A stretch of 8,083 nt of DNA from a virus (Duplodnaviria > Heunggongvirae > Uroviricota > Caudoviricetes): the IMG/VR virus record IMGVR_UViG_2695420847_000016, positions 1 to 8,083 of that record, one strand, 5' to 3'. Of the stretch, positions 5,919 to 8,083 are shown piece by piece. The stretch's first letter is position 1. Each line of letters starts with the position of its first letter. The notes beneath the pieces are model-generated. The model was not told the origin of the DNA. It saw nothing but the letters and a program-made list of their open reading frames with translations, and made no database searches. Made by a program: the position numbers and the translations under genes.

Positions 5919-6350
5919 ATGTTTGGAATCTTCAAAAAGAAAACCCGCAGAGCGGCAGCGGAAATTAAAAAGTTTGAGAAACGCGATCTGGCACAGGCGG
6001 TGATTAACGCTGCATACCTGGTGGCCTATGCAGATGGTGAATGCGAGGCATCCGAGAAAGCGAAGATCGAACAGGTCTTACGTAATCAGCCTGCGTTGTC
6101 TGCGTTTACCTCGGAAATTAATGCGATTAGCGCAACCATTATCGGTCAGCTGGATACCAATTTTAAAATTGGTCGTCGTGCCGCGTTACGCGAGATTGAG
6201 GATGTGAAACACGATACGCGTGAAGCGGAAGATGTGCTGGATGTGGCGGTGGCCATTGCGGAGGCAGACGGCGAAATTGAGCCGGAAGAGCGCAAGGTGC
6301 TGGAAGAGATTGCCGGTGTTCTGGGTCTTCGTCTGGAGAATCACCTGTGA
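5919..6350 (+). CDS. TerB-family (tellurite-resistance TerB-like) protein, 143 aa
   Basis: ATG 5919 has AAAGGA 8 nt upstream; the track start GTG 5847 is probably not used. Two acidic DG-containing repeats (AYADGECEASEKAKIEQVL and AEADGEIEPEERKVLEEIAGVLGL) match the layout of plasmid TerB as I remember it. Confidence 0.7.
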   Translation: MFGIFKKKTRRAAAEIKKFEKRDLAQAVINAAYLVAYADGECEASEKAKIEQVLRNQPALSAFTSEINAISATIIGQLDTNFKIGRRAALREIEDVKHDTREAEDVLDVAVAIAEADGEIEPEERKVLEEIAGVLGLRLENHL

Positions 6351-6514
6351 CGGTAAAACTGCGCCTGGCTGTGGCTGCACTCCTGCTGTTTCTGGTGGTG
6401 ATGGTGGATCTCACCAGCAGAATCATGTCGGTGCTGGCGGATGGGGTGCTGGTCTGCGGCATTGTGGTATTGCTGTGGCCGGTGATAAAAAGAAACAGCC
6501 TGCATAATGCTTGA
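6347..6514 (+). CDS. Hypothetical small hydrophobic protein (about 55 aa, two predicted membrane-spanning segments), translationally coupled to the TerB-like gene
   Basis: Not in the ORF track. GTG 6347 overlaps the TerB stop (GTGA) with GGAGA 7 nt upstream; an alternative start is ATG 6401. The frame runs to TGA 6512-6514 and encodes ...LRLAVAALLLFLVVMVDLTSRIMSVLADGVLVCGIVVLLWPVIKRNSLHNA. Confidence 0.35.
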   Translation: MTVKLRLAVAALLLFLVVMVDLTSRIMSVLADGVLVCGIVVLLWPVIKRNSLHNA

Positions 6515-6547
6515 TTTTTTTGTTTGCTGTTTATTAAAAACACTTCT

Positions 6548-6655
6548 GCATGGTGAATCCCCCTGTGCGGAGGGGCGATCAGCAACCAGGTATATGGGAT
6601 AATCGCGGATTCAGGTGCTGATACTGAATTCACCGGGAGGCACCCGGCACCATGC
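6548..6655. repeat. 108-bp dyad-symmetric element, copy 2 (100% identical to 3934-4041)
   Basis: See copy 1. It lies 267 bp upstream of the nanS-p start at 6922. Confidence 0.8.
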
Positions 6656-6680
6656 AAGAAAAAGAATGTGCATGCAAACA

Positions 6681-6706
6681 TGCCCCTCTCCGGAGGGGCA
6701 TTTTTT
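6681..6706 (+). terminator. Intrinsic terminator
   Basis: TGCCCCTC-TCCG-GAGGGGCA hairpin (8 bp) followed by TTTTTT. Confidence 0.6.
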
Positions 6707-6712
6707 ATGGGT

Positions 6713-6737
6713 AAAAAATGCCCGAATGGGTTCGGGC
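6713..6737 (-). terminator. Possible minus-strand intrinsic terminator facing the one at 6681-6706
   Basis: GCCCGAA-TGGG-TTCGGGC hairpin with AAAAAAT on its 5' side on the + strand, which is a T-run on the minus strand. No minus-strand gene is evident to its right. Confidence 0.3.
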
Positions 6738-6799
6738 AATAGCATGAGATACTGATATTGTTGTGTTGTTATCGTGTGGATTTTAACCAGGGTTTATCA

Positions 6800-6825
6800 G
6801 GCTGCGCAACTGCGTGGCCTTTTTT
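6800..6825 (+). terminator. Intrinsic terminator in the nanS-p leader
   Basis: GGCTGCGC-AACT-GCGTGGCC hairpin followed by TTTTTT; a diverged homolog of the hairpin at 4102-4128. Confidence 0.5.
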
Positions 6826-6866
6826 CATTTCTTGGGCTGTAGTCCCCGTGTGTCATTCAGGCTTCC

Positions 6867-7492
6867 GGACTACAGCCCACTCCATATCTGATTTAATACA
6901 CTATCCCGGCCGGGAGGAATAATGACATTTAAACATTATGATGTTGTCAGGGCGGCGTCGCCGTCAGACCTTGCGGAAAAGCTGACACACAAACTGAAAG
7001 AGGGCTGGCAGCCGTTTGGTAGTCCGGTGGCCATAACCCCTTATACCCTGATGCAGGCGATTACAGCAGAAGGTGATGTGGTGGTCAGTGGTGCAACTGA
7101 GCCGGATTGGTACTACGTCATCGTACTGGCCGGGCAGTCCAATGCCATGGCTTACGGTGAAGGGCTTCCGCTGCCGGATTCATACGATGCTCCGGATCCG
7201 CGTATTAAACAGCTGGCGCGCCGCAGTACAGTGACGCCGGGTGGGGCTGCCTGCAGATATAACGATATTATTCCGGCCGACCACTGCCTGCATGATGTGC
7301 AGGATATGAGTACGCTGAATCATCCGAAGGCAGACCTGAGCAAAGGGCAGTACGGCTGTGTCGGCCAGGGCTTACATATTGCCAAAAAACTGCTTCCGTA
7401 TATCCCGAATAACGCGGGGATCCTGCTGGTACCATGCTGTCGTGGTGGTTCGGCATTCACCCAGGGCGCGGAGGGGACATTCAGTGCGGACA
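6867..7492. repeat. Tandem duplication unit 1 (626 bp: 55 bp of leader plus the first ~190 codons of nanS-p)
   Basis: The sequence from 6867 recurs from 7493 with a constant offset of 626 bp to the window end. At least four single-base differences were seen, for example at 7205/7831, 7250/7876, 7268/7894 and 7396/8022. Confidence 0.85.
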
Positions 7493-7548
7493 GGACTACA
7501 GCCCACTCCATATCTGATTTAATACACTATCCCGGCCGGGAGGAATAA
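6922..7548 (+). pseudogene. nanS: nanS-p-type sialate O-acetylesterase, N-terminal 190 codons ended by the tandem-duplication junction (208-codon ORF)
   Basis: GGGAGGAATA lies before ATG 6922. The protein has a DUF1737-like N-terminus and the start of an esterase domain with a GQSN motif (VLAGQSNAMAYGEG). After ...TFSAD the frame runs into the duplicated leader (RTTAHSISDLIHYPGREE, stop). Confidence 0.55.
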
Positions 7549-8083
7549 TGACATTTAAACATTATGATGTTGTCAGGGCGGCGTCGCCGTCAGACCTTGC
7601 GGAAAAGCTGACACACAAACTGAAAGAGGGCTGGCAGCCGTTTGGTAGTCCGGTGGCCATAACCCCTTATACCCTGATGCAGGCGATTACAGCAGAAGGT
7701 GATGTGGTGGTCAGTGGTGCAACTGAGCCGGATTGGTACTACGTCATCGTACTGGCCGGGCAGTCCAATGCCATGGCTTACGGTGAAGGGCTTCCGCTGC
7801 CGGATTCATACGATGCTCCGGATCCGCGCATTAAACAGCTGGCGCGCCGCAGTACAGTTACGCCGGGTGGGGCTGCATGCAGATATAACGATATTATTCC
7901 GGCCGACCACTGCCTGCATGATGTGCAGGATATGAGTACGCTGAATCATCCGAAGGCAGACCTGAGCAAAGGGCAGTACGGCTGTGTCGGCCAGGGCTTA
8001 CATATTGCCAAAAAACTGCTCCCGTATATCCCGAATAACGCGGGGATCCTGCTGGTACCATGCTGTCGTGGTGGTTCGGCATT
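7493..8083. repeat. Tandem duplication unit 2 (partial; runs off the window)
   Basis: See unit 1. Confidence 0.85.
7548..8083 (+). CDS. nanS: nanS-p-type sialate O-acetylesterase (prophage paralog), 3' end outside the window
   Basis: ATG 7548 overlaps the TAA of the truncated copy (TAATGA). The reading frame is open to the window end, and the sequence is ~99% identical to 6922-7457. Confidence 0.7.
   Translation, partial: MTFKHYDVVRAASPSDLAEKLTHKLKEGWQPFGSPVAITPYTLMQAITAEGDVVVSGATEPDWYYVIVLAGQSNAMAYGEGLPLPDSYDAPDPRIKQLARRSTVTPGGAACRYNDIIPADHCLHDVQDMSTLNHPKADLSKGQYGCVGQGLHIAKKLLPYIPNNAGILLVPCCRGGSA

Noticed and set aside
5723-5968. ORF 5723-5968 and the GTG 5847 start for the TerB-like gene
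   Set aside because: 5723-5968 starts inside the tRNA-Arg gene and terminator. The TerB-like protein more plausibly starts at ATG 5919, which has an AAAGGA ribosome-binding site.
6163-6681. 172-aa minus-strand ORF, and the + strand ORF 6220-6507 and minus-strand ORF 6186-6380
   Set aside because: They overlap the TerB-like gene, the small coupled ORF and the 108-bp element. Translations are Pro/Ser/Arg/Gly-rich without motifs, typical of wrong-frame reads through GC-rich sequence.
1246-6921. Shiga toxin genes or lysis genes in the post-Q region
   Set aside because: No ORF has the size or sequence expected for StxA/StxB, holin, endolysin or Rz; lysis genes are presumably beyond the right edge.
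7268-8082. Minus-strand ORFs 7268-7456, 7320-7511 and 7894-8082, and + ORF 7699-7935
   Set aside because: All are out-of-frame or antisense reads within nanS-p; 7894-8082 is just the tandem-repeat image of 7268-7456.
2651-8083. CRISPR array as an explanation for the repeats
   Set aside because: The repeats are kilobase-scale gene duplications and a two-copy 108-bp element, not short regularly spaced direct repeats with unique spacers.
1-8083. Integrase, transposase or IS element
   Set aside because: No ORF with recombinase or transposase features, and no terminal inverted repeats flanking a transposase-sized gene.

Overview
This window reads as the late-regulatory and cargo region of a lambdoid (Stx-phage-like) prophage from an Escherichia/Shigella-type genome, with all credible genes on the + strand. 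The left end holds the 3' part of a YdfU/YbcO-type zinc-finger protein, rusA, and a short-type antiterminator Q gene whose start overlaps the rusA stop. Downstream of Q, where Stx phages carry tRNAs plus stx, there is AT-rich cargo instead: a CPBP/Abi-family intramembrane protease with all three catalytic motifs intact, a small PapI/FaeA-like winged-helix ORF, and an AraC-family regulator followed by three tRNAs (Ile-CAU, Arg-UCG, Arg-UCU) and a terminator. That roughly 1.2 kb AraC+tRNA module occurs twice in diverged form (23 amino-acid differences between the AraC paralogs, and different structural lesions in the tRNA copies). The second copy is joined to a 5' fragment of a nanS-p-type sialate O-acetylesterase gene. 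Further right are a TerB-family protein with a translationally coupled small hydrophobic ORF, a 108-bp dyad-symmetric element that is 100% identical at 3934-4041 and 6548-6655 although its flanks have diverged, several intrinsic terminators, and a nanS-p gene whose first 626 bp are tandemly duplicated. I saw no stx, lysis, integrase, transposase or CRISPR sequences. Everything here comes from reading the sequence and the ORF track; no searches or folding programs were run, so family names are recognition by eye and identities are approximate. The most likely candidates for something undescribed are the Q-proximal CPBP/Abi protease cargo, the perfectly conserved 108-bp element, and the TerB plus small-membrane-protein pair.
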